NCBI RefSeq assembly: GCF_006345805.1
Contig: NC_043001.1
Span: 49,042,001-49,106,000, forward strand
Direction: 5' to 3'
DNA: 64,000 nucleotides
Source: Octopus sinensis
Taxonomy: Eukaryota
This document shows, one piece after another, positions 12,291 to 24,660 of this stretch. Every line of letters begins with the position of its first letter. Position 1 is the stretch's first letter. The notes under the pieces are model-generated. The model had not been told where the DNA came from. It saw nothing but the letters and a program-made list of their open reading frames with translations, and did no database searches. The position numbers were made by a program, and so were the translations under genes.

Positions 12291-13126
12291 TATATATATA
12301 TATATATATATATATCATCATCATCGTTTAACGTCCGTTTTCCGCGCTAGCACGGGTTGGACGGTTCGACAGGGGTCTGGGAAGCCAGGGGCTGCTCCAG
12401 GCTTCAGTCTGATCTGGCAGAGTTTCTACGGCTGGATGCCCTTCCTAACGCCAACCACTGTATATGGTTAACTTTGTATAAATAATGACTGAATAAAACT
12501 TAACTAAGCAAGTGATTAAATAGATACACTGTATAGATGACGTGGCAAAGATAACATGTAGATGTTTGCAGTAGATTTTATCAAAGTATTCATGCAGCTA
12601 ACACGACAAACGGGCACTATGCAGATGCTAACGTAATAGACGCAAACTTTATGTTCACTGAATACATACAACACGTCCATGTCCTTCTATGCTGGAAACA
12701 AGCTTTAACAAAGGGATAATGAATAGGTGAACTTGGTGCAGTCTCTGGGGTTTTTCATAGGAAGCTGTGAGGATTGAAAAGCAGGTGGAAAAATTACCAT
12801 GTTTAATGAAGTCAAGATGGCTTTATACTTTTTAAACTTATCAAGCATCATAGCCAAGAAAGAAAAAAAACCTTATATGGATGAAAAATCTTACGTCATC
12901 TCATTAATAAAGTTGAATACTGAGGTCAATGTAACCGACTTGTCTCCTCCCCCGGAATTTACTGCGTGGTCGGGGTTTGTACGAGTGCTGGATTTGGACC
13001 GTTTGAAAACCACTGACATAGTCCACAAAATTTTACACCAGGAAAACGTTGAGGATCCCCACCCCACTTCTTTTTTACTCCCTCGCCAATCAATTATGTT
13101 TCAACCATATTTTGTTTGCACTCAAG

Positions 13127-13196
13127 GTTGTTTCCTCTCCCGAGAAGCAGCAAGACGAATATTTATGCTCAGCCATTAACAGAAAAAGAGAGAGGC
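13127..13196 (+). CDS. OGFr-like gene 1, coding exon 3
   Basis: ctcaag|..|gtaagt. Encodes (W)LFPLPRSSKTNIYAQPLTEKERG, completing the YIQWLFP signature. Confidence 0.93.
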
Positions 13197-14914
13197 GTAA
13201 GTCTGAGTTTTAATAATTTATGTTTGCATTTAAGGTGGCGAGCTGACAGATTGGTTCAAGTTTTGGAACAACATACCTTGCCATATTTTTTTCTGGCTCT
13301 CTACATTCTAAGTTCTGGCCCTGCCAATGTCAGTATTGTCTTTCATTCCTCTAGAGTCAATGGAATAAAGTACTAGTCAAGTACTGGGGTCAATGTAATC
13401 GACTAACCCGTGCTTGTGTTACAAATGATAACACAGTGTAACATGATTTTGGTCCTTGGGTAGCAACTGTTATTTCCTATTTATTTACCTCTAGAAAGCA
13501 TGAAAAATGGCTAATATTTCCTTCAGATTTTACTTTTGTTACATGTATTCAAACCTCAAAAAATTCCAATCAAAACATGGCTATGATGCTCCCTCACTGC
13601 TCCTAGTCATAACCAGGGATGCACATATTGCCAGCCACAAAGGGACATGCTCAAGTAGTTAATGTCAAGCAACTGACAAGCAAATCTGTGGCATTGAGCA
13701 GAATATTTGCTATAACGATATTTCTGTTTCAGCATTCAGCGCTGAATCTGTCTGAAATGTAATGGAAAATAGATCAGTTTCAAAACACTGATGTCCAGGT
13801 CACAAAAGCAAAGTTTGAAAAGAATAATAGTAATTTCCTTTGATATCTAGATAGAAGCAAATAGGAAATAATATTTAAAATTTAAATAAGTATTTAAATA
13901 GATATTTAAATAAATATTAAAAAATTTTGTTACATAGTGTTATTAACGGGTTGTGCGTGAATAAGTGGAATCGTTAGAACATTGAATAAAATACATTGCT
14001 GTATTGCCGTATTCTGCCGATATCAAACTTTGACTTTCATACTCTTAGGGTCGTAGAATAAAGTACTAAGTTTGAATTAGCAAACTAGCCCCTGCTCCCG
14101 AAATTTCCGGTTTCCGGTCTTGTGACTGTTTGATTATTTCATTTTCTGTTCACATCTGCCATAAACAAGCAGCACAATAATCTTTCCGACTGTAGGCAAA
14201 AGGTTTGAAATTGTGGGGGAATGAGGAGGGGGCTAGTTGATTACATCGACCCCCCCAACGTTCAACCGGTATTTATTCATTTTATCGATCACGAAAAGAT
14301 GAAATGCAAAGTCGACCTCGGCGGAATTTGAACTTGTTACCGCACCGAACAAAATGCTAAGCAGCATTTGTTCCGGCGCCTTACGTTGTCAGTTGAAATT
14401 ACGCCGAAGTCGACTTTACTTTTCCGGGGGTCGATAAAATTTGTACCAGTTGGGTACTGACTGGTTCGATGTATTCGACTTTTTCCATCCCTCAAAATTG
14501 CTGACCTAGTGCCAAAATTAGAAAGACCACGGTGGGATTTGAACTTAGAATGCAAAGAGCCGGAACAAATATTGGTTTCGGATTTTAGCACAAGGCCAGC
14601 AATTTTGAGGGGTGGGTGGGTAAGTCGATATTATATCGACGCTAGTGTTTGATTGGTACTTATTTTATCGACCCCAAAAGGATGAAAGGCAAAGTCGACC
14701 TCGGCGGAATTTGAATCCAGGACATAAAGACAAACGAAATATTGCGAAGCATTTTGCCCAGCATGCTAACGATTTTGCCAGCTTGTCGCCTTGACCGGAA
14801 CAAATATTGCGAGGATTTTTTTTTTGTCCGGCGCACAAACGATTCTGCAAACCAGCATCCTTAATATACTGACGCTATATTGTCCTAAACAGTGAATTGC
14901 TTCCATTGTTTCAG

Positions 14915-15057
14915 ATCATCAGCACTGAACCTATTCTCAGAAGAAGAGTTTTGCGGGCTTTTAAAATGATGTTGACATTCTATGGCATACAAATGGTTGG
15001 TCCGCATGCTTTTGGTCATCATCCTAACTTCCGTGAAAGATTCGATAATCTTCAAAG
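14915..15057 (+). CDS. OGFr-like gene 1, coding exon 4
   Basis: tgtttcag|..|gtaatg. Encodes IISTEPILRRRVLRAFKMMLTFYGIQMVGPHAFGHHPNFRERFDNLQ(R), matching the OGFr pattern AYxMMLxFYGI...RFxNL. Confidence 0.95.
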
Positions 15058-15378
15058 GTAATGAACAAATTTAATTTCGAATATAGTAACCTTCCATTAA
15101 CTTCGCCCCTTATTTCCGACTCGAGTTTGTGTCATGCTGTCCGGTTATAGAGGAGTTAGAAAATACTGGTATTTCTGGTGAAAATAAATTGGTATTACAG
15201 AAACAACACGTACACTCACACGCACATACACATACATGCATACATGTCTACTTGCACACATGCATACATGCATACATACATGCATACATGCATACATGCA
15301 TACATACATGCATACATAAATACATACACACTTTCATATATCTCTCTCTCACTCTTTCTCTCTCTCTCTCTCTCTTTC

Positions 15379-15445
<67 letters not shown>

Positions 15446-15551
15446 GTGTGTGCATATGTATTTAATAATGGTTGTATCAGGTGTACGCAACTGAAGCAAT
15501 GTTTAATCAAAATAGTCATCTGGCTATCATACTCAATGTATACAAATAATC

Positions 15552-16005
15552 GATAGGCCAGTTACTGCGGTATTTGTCTCGGAATAACATCTCTTCTGGA
15601 TTTGTTGTGTTTAAAACAATAAATATTAGAGAGAAATGCAGACGTTCGTCCCAGCAGTAGCCAGCGAGGGCGCTAGATACATTTCGGCCTTTTGGGGCCT
15701 TTTAATTTAATCCCTCATCAATTGCATATACTAGATTATTAAATCCGGGAGGCTATTCGCAACATCAGTGAATGATTTATTCACCTATTTCTATATCAGA
15801 GACGACGAATTCTCGTTCAAGCATGTGGCTGGCTGTGAGCACACGCCTTTGAAAAAAGCCCCAAAAGGCCGAAATGTATCTGGCGCTTTCCCAGGCCAAT
15901 GCTGGAATAAATTTTCGTCTCTCACTGATATTTATTGTGGTTTTTAACACAGCAAGTCCATAAGAGATGTTATTTCAGGACAAATACTACAGTAACTGGC
16001 CTATC
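15552..16005. repeat. Aged inverted repeat with degenerate HHR cores (15844-15885 +; about 15672-15724 -)
   Basis: Arms at about 15552-15700 and 15858-16005; each has ggcc-GAAA-ugua-UC. Confidence 0.65.
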
Positions 16006-17009
16006 TCTAAAATGATCTTTGGAAAATTAAATCACCACTACTTGTTGAACAAGACTTTTGGAAAACTTGGCGTCCCAATTCAAAAATAAACGTTTTATAT
16101 ACACATTTATTATGCTGTGATATATTCCGACACATCTTAATTTCCATAGTCACAACCTTCGGTAGTTAAACTCTCCAACATTCTTCAGGTGCCTGTCCTA
16201 TTCGGTAGCAGAGTTAAATTCTTCTCATTCAGTTGTCCATGTTAGAGATATTCTCGGATACTATCCTGTGCAGCAACACTTTATCAACTTTTTCATGTAC
16301 TATCCCACTGTTTAGTAGGACAATTAATTAGAAGAAATTAAGAGCTTTAAACCTAATCTACAACCAAAAACATTTAGGTTTAAACTTCGTAATACATATA
16401 TATAGTCTAATTGTGAGTGTAGCGTTAAGTATTTGGTGGTGTCGTTTCTTCGTTTGGGCGTAAATTCAATCTCTGGACGAGCAAGTGGCATCAAGTAAGA
16501 GGGTCACTCATACTATTCTGGTTGAATCATAAATTACTTAACTGTTGAATGTTCTATTTATGAAAATACTACTGACACAACAAGCAACTTCTTTTAACAT
16601 GTAATATTCCAACCCACTTTCATTTAAATCCTTTTACGATTTTCCTATTTACTACTCTGGTCAAGTGTGACAAAAAAACAAACAAAAAACAAATAAAAAA
16701 GCAAAAACAAAGCAAAGCAAAACAAAGCAAAAACACGCCATTCTGTCAGTCACTCTGTATTTGTCTCTTGCCAGTCTCCGACTTATTCGCCATCTTTTAA
16801 GTGCGACAGTAAACAAAACGTGACCACTTGATATGAGAGCTAACTCACTATTGTTCTCTTCCATGCAACTTAATTTACTATATTTTCGAATTTGACCTTT
16901 TGATCAACCCCAATATCTGCGAAATTTGCTTTTTTTTTTGCCAGCATTGCACTTCTTTCACAGTGCTTACGGCACCTTCTGTGATTTTCACTATCCTCAA
17001 AGAATCATC

Positions 17010-17690
17010 TCTCTTGGACACCGAACGAGCTCTTCTTAATAGGGCTTAAACTTTATCTAAGCGTCTCCAAGAGATGCTTAGAGAATTCGACGTATGCGCT
17101 AATATTGAGAGTTTCCTCTGTCAGCCCGAGCATAAAGCTTTCTTTCATTACAGAACTTTAGTCCTCCGATCAAGAACGATTTCACCAACCCCAAAATGCA
17201 CAACTTCAACTGGATACCAAGTTTGAGCCTACACCACTCGATCGATTTATCTGTGAATAAAAACAGTTTCGATTTGGCCGTCTTCAACTTCAGAAGGCGA
17301 CTAAGAAGATCAAACCTTCTCAATTGGAACGTGACGCCCTCCGGAAACTCTGCAAAGGGCTGCTCCATCGTAATCAGGCGACCCGATCTCTAATCAAGGA
17401 GAACCCTACCAGCTCCACAAAACTTTGTTCTACAGCATACTAAACGATTTCACCAGCCATTACCAGAAACACGTGTCCGCCACAGTGCATGGACTTATCT
17501 TTCCATCACGTTTCCGTACTCTGCCACCAGCCTAACTGTAACTATATCCTGGACCTCCACCATCTACTTCATACCCCAAATTCACAAACCAGACAATTCC
17601 AATTCCTTGTCATCTCTGCCCGTAACTGCCCAACTGAAAATCACGCTGCGTACCTTCATAAAACATTATCATTTCTTCATCGCCATCTTA
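17010..17690 (+). pseudogene. Penelope-like element N-terminal RT remnant
   Basis: Frameshifted motifs ERALLNR-GLNF, SQLERDALRKL..IVIRRPD, VISARNCPTENHAAYL. Confidence 0.7.
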
Positions 17691-17861
17691 TCTTCACACA
17701 ATTGACTATATATCATCTGCAGAAGACAAATACCTAAATTATAGTAAATTACTTGGAACAAACTCTATTTTAAGGAGATAATTGAAGAAAATACATTCCA
17801 CTTCGTTTCTCGTTATTCCTTTTTTATGATTTAGTAAATAATGAATTCTCCTTCTCTTTAA

Positions 17862-18183
17862 CTCGAGCAAATCGACCCCAGGACTTATTCTTTGTAAGCC
17901 TAGTACTTATTCTATCGGTCTCTTTTGCCGAACCGCTAAGTTACGGGGACGTAAACACACCAGCATCGGTTGTCAAGCGATGTTGGGGGGACAAACACAG
18001 ACACACACTCACACACATACGACAGGCTTCTTTCAGTTTCTGTCTACCAAATCCACTCACAAGGCTTTGGTCGGCCCGAGGCTATAGTAGAAGACGCTTG
18101 CCCAAGGTGTCATGCAGTGGGACTGAACCAGGAACCATGTGGTTGGTAAGCAAGCTACTTACCACACAGCCACTCCTACGCCT
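17862..18183 (-). mobile_element. CORE-type tRNA SINE, family B; other copies at 22820-23300, 33360-33815, 39165-39760, 45312-45724(-), 53420-53585 and 60745-61149(-)
   Basis: Head gtggctgtgtggtaag..ggttcagtccc, CORE-like ccttgggcaag, tail cagcatggccgcagtcaaatgactgaaac. Confidence 0.9.
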
Positions 18184-18565
18184 ACAATTATATAATATAT
18201 AAGTAATATATAGTTCATATACTGACAATGAAAACTTATACATTTCTACTTTGTATTCGGCCGTCAGTGTTTTCACGAAATACAAAGACAGTAAAAATAT
18301 CGTTAGAACTAATTGCCTTCTGCGTGTATGTAAAAGGGACGGGTAAAAAGAATAGAAACTCATACCAATTTGATTTATAGATTAAAGAAAATATTCACAG
18401 CATCAACTAACTTGTCTTCGTGAATCGTTCCTGAAAGACCTCATGATATCTTTAAATATCCAGTAAAAGTGTTTTATCTTTCTTGTTCGTATTTCGTACT
18501 ACCGATATACGATAGTTCCTCAATATTGTACAAAATTTCACAATGTTGTTTATTTTCATTTCCAG

Positions 18566-18809
18566 ATACCCAAACAACTTTAAACGGATTACGAGAATGA
18601 TAGAATCTCTCAGATATCTGGATTTCAAAATACAAGCAGTGTTCTTCGTCAAATTTCTCGCAGATATGGTTCGATTTCAATTACTACCAAAGGCCGAAGA
18701 ATCAATAAACGATTATTGGATTCCGCGACTGAGCAGACGTGAGCAATATCAGTTGCAGAATTTACTTGATAACAGCGACAGTATGAAACAGACCTTTGTT
18801 TTTAGCTGA
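18566..18809 (+). CDS. OGFr-like gene 1, terminal coding exon 5 (total CDS 747 nt, 248 aa)
   Basis: tttcatttccag|. Encodes (R)YPNNFKRITRMIESLRYL...SINDYW...FVFS*, matching HNxLRITRILKSL. Candidate AATAAA at 19079-19084. Confidence 0.93.
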
Positions 18810-19510
18810 GTAACGCTTCATCAATATACAGAAATACATAATTCTAGAACATATGTGAAAGAGAGGTCGGTTATGGTTCATAGTAAAAGAAAGGCACTTA
18901 AATAACGAGGATGTATCTTATAATTTAATGACGATCATACTAAACGAACATTCGTACATGTCTTCAAGATCTGCGTATGGTCAAAAGACTTATGCTCATC
19001 AGATGTTTGGAACTTAAGTTGAACAAGATAAAGATGGCTGCTGAGGAAGTATTGCGCACAAAGCTTTTCGGTAAAGCAAATAAAAGATTTTTGTCAAAAA
19101 AGGAAAGCAGAATTGTAATTAAGTGTTTATAGCGTTGGTACTGTAACTCATGGTTGATGATCGAAGAGTTATTTCACTGGCAAGAGGAAAGGCCATGCTG
19201 AAGATTAAGAGCAGAAAAGCAGAAGATGAACAGGAAAACAGACATATGAGTAAAGCGGGTTGGGATGGGGGAGAGAGAATAAGCGAGAGAGAGAGAGAGA
19301 GAGGGAGAGGGGGAGAGAGAAGACTAGAAAGGCGGAGAGAAAATGGGGAGGGAGGACAAGCAAGAACGCGGGGTGGAAGATAGATAAAAATAGAAATAAA
19401 AATAAACGATTCTGGGAGTTTCGAAAGTAGGATATAAGGATTGAAAAATTTGGTAGTTGGCTGGTCAAAACAAACAGGAAATTTGCTACTGGACTTTCAA
19501 AATATATTTG

Positions 19511-19525
19511 GTGACCATGGGAAAC
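19511..19525. promoter_or_regulatory. RFX X-box-like site GTGACC-ATG-GGAAAC
   Basis: Near match to GTNRCC-N(0-3)-RGYAAC in unique sequence. Confidence 0.35.
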
Positions 19526-19946
19526 AGCGATTGTACTTTTAACATAGACTACTCTCTGTCTCTCTGTCTCTCTGTCTCTCACTGTCTCTCTCTGTATATT
19601 TATATAAGTAGGTAGGTAGGTGTACAAATGAAAAAAGAGAACTCAATACATGTTATGAAATTTAAAAGTATTTATTAACACGCTCACTCTGTTCAAGAAC
19701 AGTGTAAGGTGATATGAAAATGGCTTCTGACCGAGAATTATCGGCCTCTATTATTCAGTGCAAGTCACGTGGATTGATTCGCAATATGACGGCACCAAAT
19801 AATTCTGTTTGTGATTCCGCGTTGTGGGGAAACAGTCTTCCGATGCCAGCTTATCTGCAGCTTGTAGTATTTGACATTTTAGCAACGGTTCATGGAAGCG
19901 CGCCAATCTACTTGTTCAGATTACTGAATATATATATATATATATA

Positions 19947-22044
19947 TACCAATTAAGGACTGAACACGAAAAGGTGGACAGTCAACATGCTAGATATAGA
20001 CGTCAAATCGCCATTCTCCACAAGGATTATGTTCTCAAATAAAAATAAAATTCAGCACGACCTAAAGCAATGGATGAGACAAAAGAAAAATACTAAGTGG
20101 AATAATTACCTACGTACTGCAGTTTCAGCTATTAATATCACAAGGATATCTGTAGCTTCATCAGCGTCGTTTGTTATGAGCATAATATGCTGTACTAGAT
20201 GAAAAACGGTACCGGAGTCCCGCATGCAAAAAGTACAACCTATTACGTTCGGATGTATCTTTCGAATGCCTCTACTTTTGGCGCGCTGATAATCGAAAAA
20301 CTAGCCTGCAGCCAATAATTAGCAGCAGTCAATTTATCGGTTTGAGAACATATATTTCATATTTAAAAATTAAGGGTAGAAATTGATATTAGTCAATTAA
20401 AACCAGTGGTCTAGCACATTAAAAAGAATCCGAAGATTAAAATATTTTATATACCAATTAAGGACTGAACACGAAAAGGTGGACAGTCAACATGCTAGAT
20501 ATAGACATCAAATCGCCATTCTCCACAAGGATTATGTTCTCAAATAAAAATAAAATTCAGCACGACCTAAAGCAATGGATGAGACAAAAGAAAAATACTA
20601 AGTGGAATAATTACCTACGTACTGTAGTTTCAGCTATTAATATCACAAGGATATCTGTAGCTTCATCAGCGTAGTTTGTTATGAGCATAATATGCTGTAC
20701 TAGATGAAAAAACGGTACCGGAGTCCCGCATGCAAAAAGTACAACCTATTACGTTCGGATGTATCTTTCGAATGCCTCTACTTTTGGCGCGCTGATAATC
20801 GAAAAACTAGCCTGCAGCCAATAATTAGCAGCAGTCAATTTATCGGTTTGAGAACATATATTTCATATTTAAAAATTAAGGGTAGAAATTGATATTAGTC
20901 AATTAAAACCAGTGGTCTAGCACATTAAAAAGAATCCGAAGATTAAAATATTTTATATACCAATTAAGGACTGAACACGAAAAGGTGGACAGTCAACATG
21001 CTAGATATAGACGTCAAATCGCCATTCTCCACAAGGATTATGTTCTCAAATAAAAATAAAATTCAGCACGACCTAAAGCAATGGATGAGACAAAAGAAAA
21101 ATACTAAGTGGAATAATTACCTACGTACTGCAGTTTCAGCTATTATATCACAAGGATATCTGTAGCTTCATCAGCGTAGTTTGTTATGAGCATAATATGC
21201 TGTACTAGATGAAAAACGGTACCGGAGTCCCGCATGCAAAAAGTACAACCTATTACGTTCGGATGTATCTTTCGAATGCCTCTACTTTTGGCGCGCTGAT
21301 AATCGAAAAACTAGCCTGCAGCCAATAATTAGCAGCAGTCAATTTATCGGTTTGAGAACATATATTTCATATTTAAAAATTAAGGGTAGAAATTGATATT
21401 AGTCAATTAAAACCAGTGGTCTAGCACATTAAAAAGAATCCGAAGATTAAAATATATCTAGCTATATCTAGCATGTTGACTGTCCACCTTTTCGTGTTCA
21501 GTCCTTAATTGGTATATAAAATATTTTAATCTTCGGATTCTTTTTAATGTGCTAGACCACTGGTTTTAATTGACTAATATCAATTTCTACCCTTAATTTT
21601 TAAATATGAAATATATGTTCTCAAACCGATAAATTGACTGCTGCTAATTATTGGCTGCAGGCTAGTTTTTCGATTATCAGCGCGCCAAAAGTAGATGTTG
21701 ACTGTCCACCTTTTCGTGTTCAGTCCTTAATTGGTATATAAAATATTTTAATCTTCGGATTCTTTTTAATGTGCTAGACCACTGGTTTTAATTGACTAAT
21801 ATCAATTTCTACCCTTAATTTTTAAATATGAAATATATGTTCTCAAACCGATAAATTGACTGCTGCTAATTATTGGCTGCAGGCTAGTTTTTCGATTATC
21901 AGCGCGCCAAAAGTAGATGTTGACTGTCCACCTTTTCGTGTTCAGTCCTTAATTGGTATATAAAATATTTTAATCTTCGGATTCTTTTTAATGTGCTAGA
22001 CCACTGGTTTTAATTGACTAATATCAATTTCTACCCTTAATTTT

Positions 22045-22050
<6 letters not shown>
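19947..22050. mobile_element. HHR-bearing tandem and inverted array (family HH-B): 3 direct 505-506-bp units, then about 2.6 inverted 222-bp sub-units, inside (TA)n
   Basis: Units start at 19947, 20452 and 20958. Inverted sub-units start at 21473, 21695 and 21917. Confidence 0.92.
21121..21179 (-). ncRNA. Type I hammerhead ribozyme (also 20110-20169 and 20615-20674 on -)
   Basis: CUACG-CUGAUGA-AGCUA..UAGCU-GAAA-CUGCAG-UA-CGUAG. Palindromic stem III, GUA triplet. Confidence 0.9.
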
Positions 22051-22077
<27 letters not shown>

Positions 22078-22079
<2 letters not shown>

Positions 22080-22272
22080 TCGATGTTACTATCGTCACGG
22101 AACTTTCTACTAACATATCCATGCATAGTCTTCTGCTCACATAGGCTCATCCTTTCATCTGATATGTTGCGGTAGAGTCGTGCGACTTCTTTGGGCATGT
22201 ATTCTAGGTTATCAGACAAAGAGTGTTGCTTAAGGAGCTGCCGTCGAAGTCTTATGATGTTTTCAGCCTCAT
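22078..22272 (-). pseudogene. R4/Dong-like non-LTR retrotransposon fragment
   Basis: HEAENIIRL...EQKTMHGYVSRKFRDDSNID resembles the post-RT KxxHG motif of this group. Confidence 0.5.
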
Positions 22273-22403
22273 GTATGTATGTATGTATGTATGTATGTAT
22301 GTATGTATGTATGCATGCATGCATGCATGCATGCATGCATGCATGTATGTATGTATGTATGTATGTATGTATGTATGTATGCATGTATGTATGCATGTAT
22401 GTA

Positions 22404-22625
22404 TGTCGGGCATGTGGAAGAAAGCGTAATTCGGCAGGAGGTTCATGAAGCCCAGTTACAACTAGAGCCGGCTATTACCAGTAAAGGTTTTAGTTGCCAA
22501 TTTTGTACAAGACATTGTAGAACTTTAGCTGGGCTAAAAAGTCACATTCGATCACAGCACCAGTAACAGTTAAGCTTCGTGCAATGGCCATACTCGATAA
22601 CGAGGGGGCAGCCATAATAATAATG
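22404..22625 (+). mobile_element. RTE-type LINE 3' end with C2H2 zinc fingers, embedded in (ATGT)n
   Basis: CRACGRK..., CQFCTRHCRTLAGLKSHIRSQH*, short 3' UTR. Near-identical to 42945-43155. Confidence 0.8.
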
Positions 22626-22689
22626 TATGTATGTAAACTTATGCTGACACTAACAGGAAAAATAGAACTCAAAATATGAGTATATTTAT

Positions 22690-22819
22690 ATTTTTATTAA
22701 TATTTAGCAGAAGTAAAAGTGATTCAAGGTCCGAGGGTTTCGTGCGTTGATAAGTGCCAACGCACTAAACTCTCGAACCTTGAGTCACTCTGTTGCCTCT
22801 GCTAAATATTAATAAAAAT
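22690..22819. repeat. 130-bp imperfect palindromic (fold-back) element
   Basis: atttttattaatatttagcaga..gtgcgttg / caacgcac..tctgctaaatattaataaaaat. Confidence 0.85.
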
Positions 22820-22993
22820 GTGTGTGTGTGTATGTTTGTCTTTGTGTGTCTTAGCCTCCCATTGCTTGAAAAACGGTATTGATTTATTTACTTTCTTGTG
22901 ACGTAGCGGTTCGGTAAAATAAGTACTGGGATCGATTTGTGGGCTTAACTCTACAAGAAAATAGTCCGATAGGGTTTCAGTTCAATGAGCGAG

Positions 22994-23071
<78 letters not shown>

Positions 23072-23081
23072 ATATATATAT

Positions 23082-23122
<41 letters not shown>

Positions 23123-24169
23123 CTTGTCTCGCTCATTGGGTGTGTGGTAAGTAGCTTGCTTACGAACCACATAGTTCCGGGTTCAGTCCCACTGCGTAGC
23201 ACCTTGGGCAAGTGTCTTTTACTATAGCCTCGGGTCTACCAAAGCCTTGTGAGTGGATTTGGGATTTGGTAGACGGAAACTGAAAAAAATCCCGTCGTAT
23301 ATATGTATATATATAATCCTAAAACAGATTCAAATGCAATAGATCGATACTAGGGTCATAATTATGGGTGGACACTAAAGAGGGAACGGTTTTGTTATCC
23401 AGCTCTGTTTACGAGTGACCCCTCAGTTTATGGTCAAAGGGTATCTTTTTTCTCATAAATAACAGTGACAAATGACACCGCAAATAATTGTTGTTGACAA
23501 AGATTCGGAGAAATTGTATTCAACTCACTGATTGGTTGAAATTGCCGAAATGCAAGAAATTAAACAATTAATAGCTTTCAAACTACAGAATTTTCTCAAG
23601 AAAGCCAAGAGAAAAAGATGTTTTATAAACACATTCTACCAGTATACGAAGTTTAAAAGTGTTTAGTTACAAAGAAATTATTTTAAAAATCTGCCGGTCA
23701 AAGCAAAAAGATCCCAATAATCAATAATAAAAAATAGCAAACTTATCATCTTCATTCTCTTATACAGAAGAGGTTGAACGAGCAAAGAACGTGGTTACTA
23801 AATGAGTTTTAAAAGAAATAATTAAGAAGCAGTAATTTTTATGGGACCCCGCTCCAAAACACTCATAAGAGAAAAACAACAAAAGATGCATGTAGAGAAT
23901 CAACTTAGGTGTGTGTTAATATACTAAATCCTAATGATGTTAAATAAAGAGCAAGTGCAGTGGATCCGTTTGGCGAGTATTCTTTTGAAACTTATTCTAA
24001 GACGCATAGCGTGTTTCGTAAGAGATGACATTAGACATGCTAAACCATCTCCTGAAATATGTCAACAAAGATACTTATTGTCTCATCTGGTGTTTTGAGT
24101 GTTTATACATGAATACGGATTAGAAGCCATCAAATTCTAGATTGAAAAATTCTCTAACAACTATATGAG

Positions 24170-24660
24170 CAGTTAGAAAAAATAATCATAATTGAAGGAA
24201 TAAAATTCATTCAACAAAATAAATAATTCAGTTTCAGTAACAACATTTTCAAATATCCGGGACCTCGATGGGAACAAATCTTTCCCCAACGTAAGATAAT
24301 TTAGTTTAGTCACCACATATTTACATGGTCAAGTATACAGACAATACAGATTAAGGTACAACAGTAAGTTCCATAAGTACATATAATGGTCAACTGGAAA
24401 CGACGCTTGGATGACTTTTTTTATCATGTGCATACACAGTCTCAATAACTTCATAATTCTAATTAATAAAACAATTTTATTCAATTTAAGAAAAAACAAT
24501 TACCTTTTTGTATATTTCATTAAAAGAGACACGGAAATTGAAACCGACATCTGCTTCAAACCACCACATCCAAAGCAATATTTATGTTCTTTTTACTTTA
24601 CACAAAAATATACCGTTTCATTGGCAAACATAATCTGTGTAATTGTTTGTATTTTATAGC
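24170..24660 (+). pseudogene. Penelope-like element RT core and thumb remnant
   Basis: QISGTSMGTNL, NWKRRLDDFF (YxDD equivalent), QLPF, IETDICFKPPHPKQYL, SLANIICVIV. Confidence 0.8.

Noticed and set aside
12799-13179. 126-aa ORF as a gene
   Set aside because: A composite of a possible decayed hAT-like fragment, a SINE tail and OGFr exon 3 read in the wrong frame.
10475-22050. CRISPR array or simple satellite
   Set aside because: Units are 470-505 bp with no repeat-spacer structure, in a eukaryotic context.
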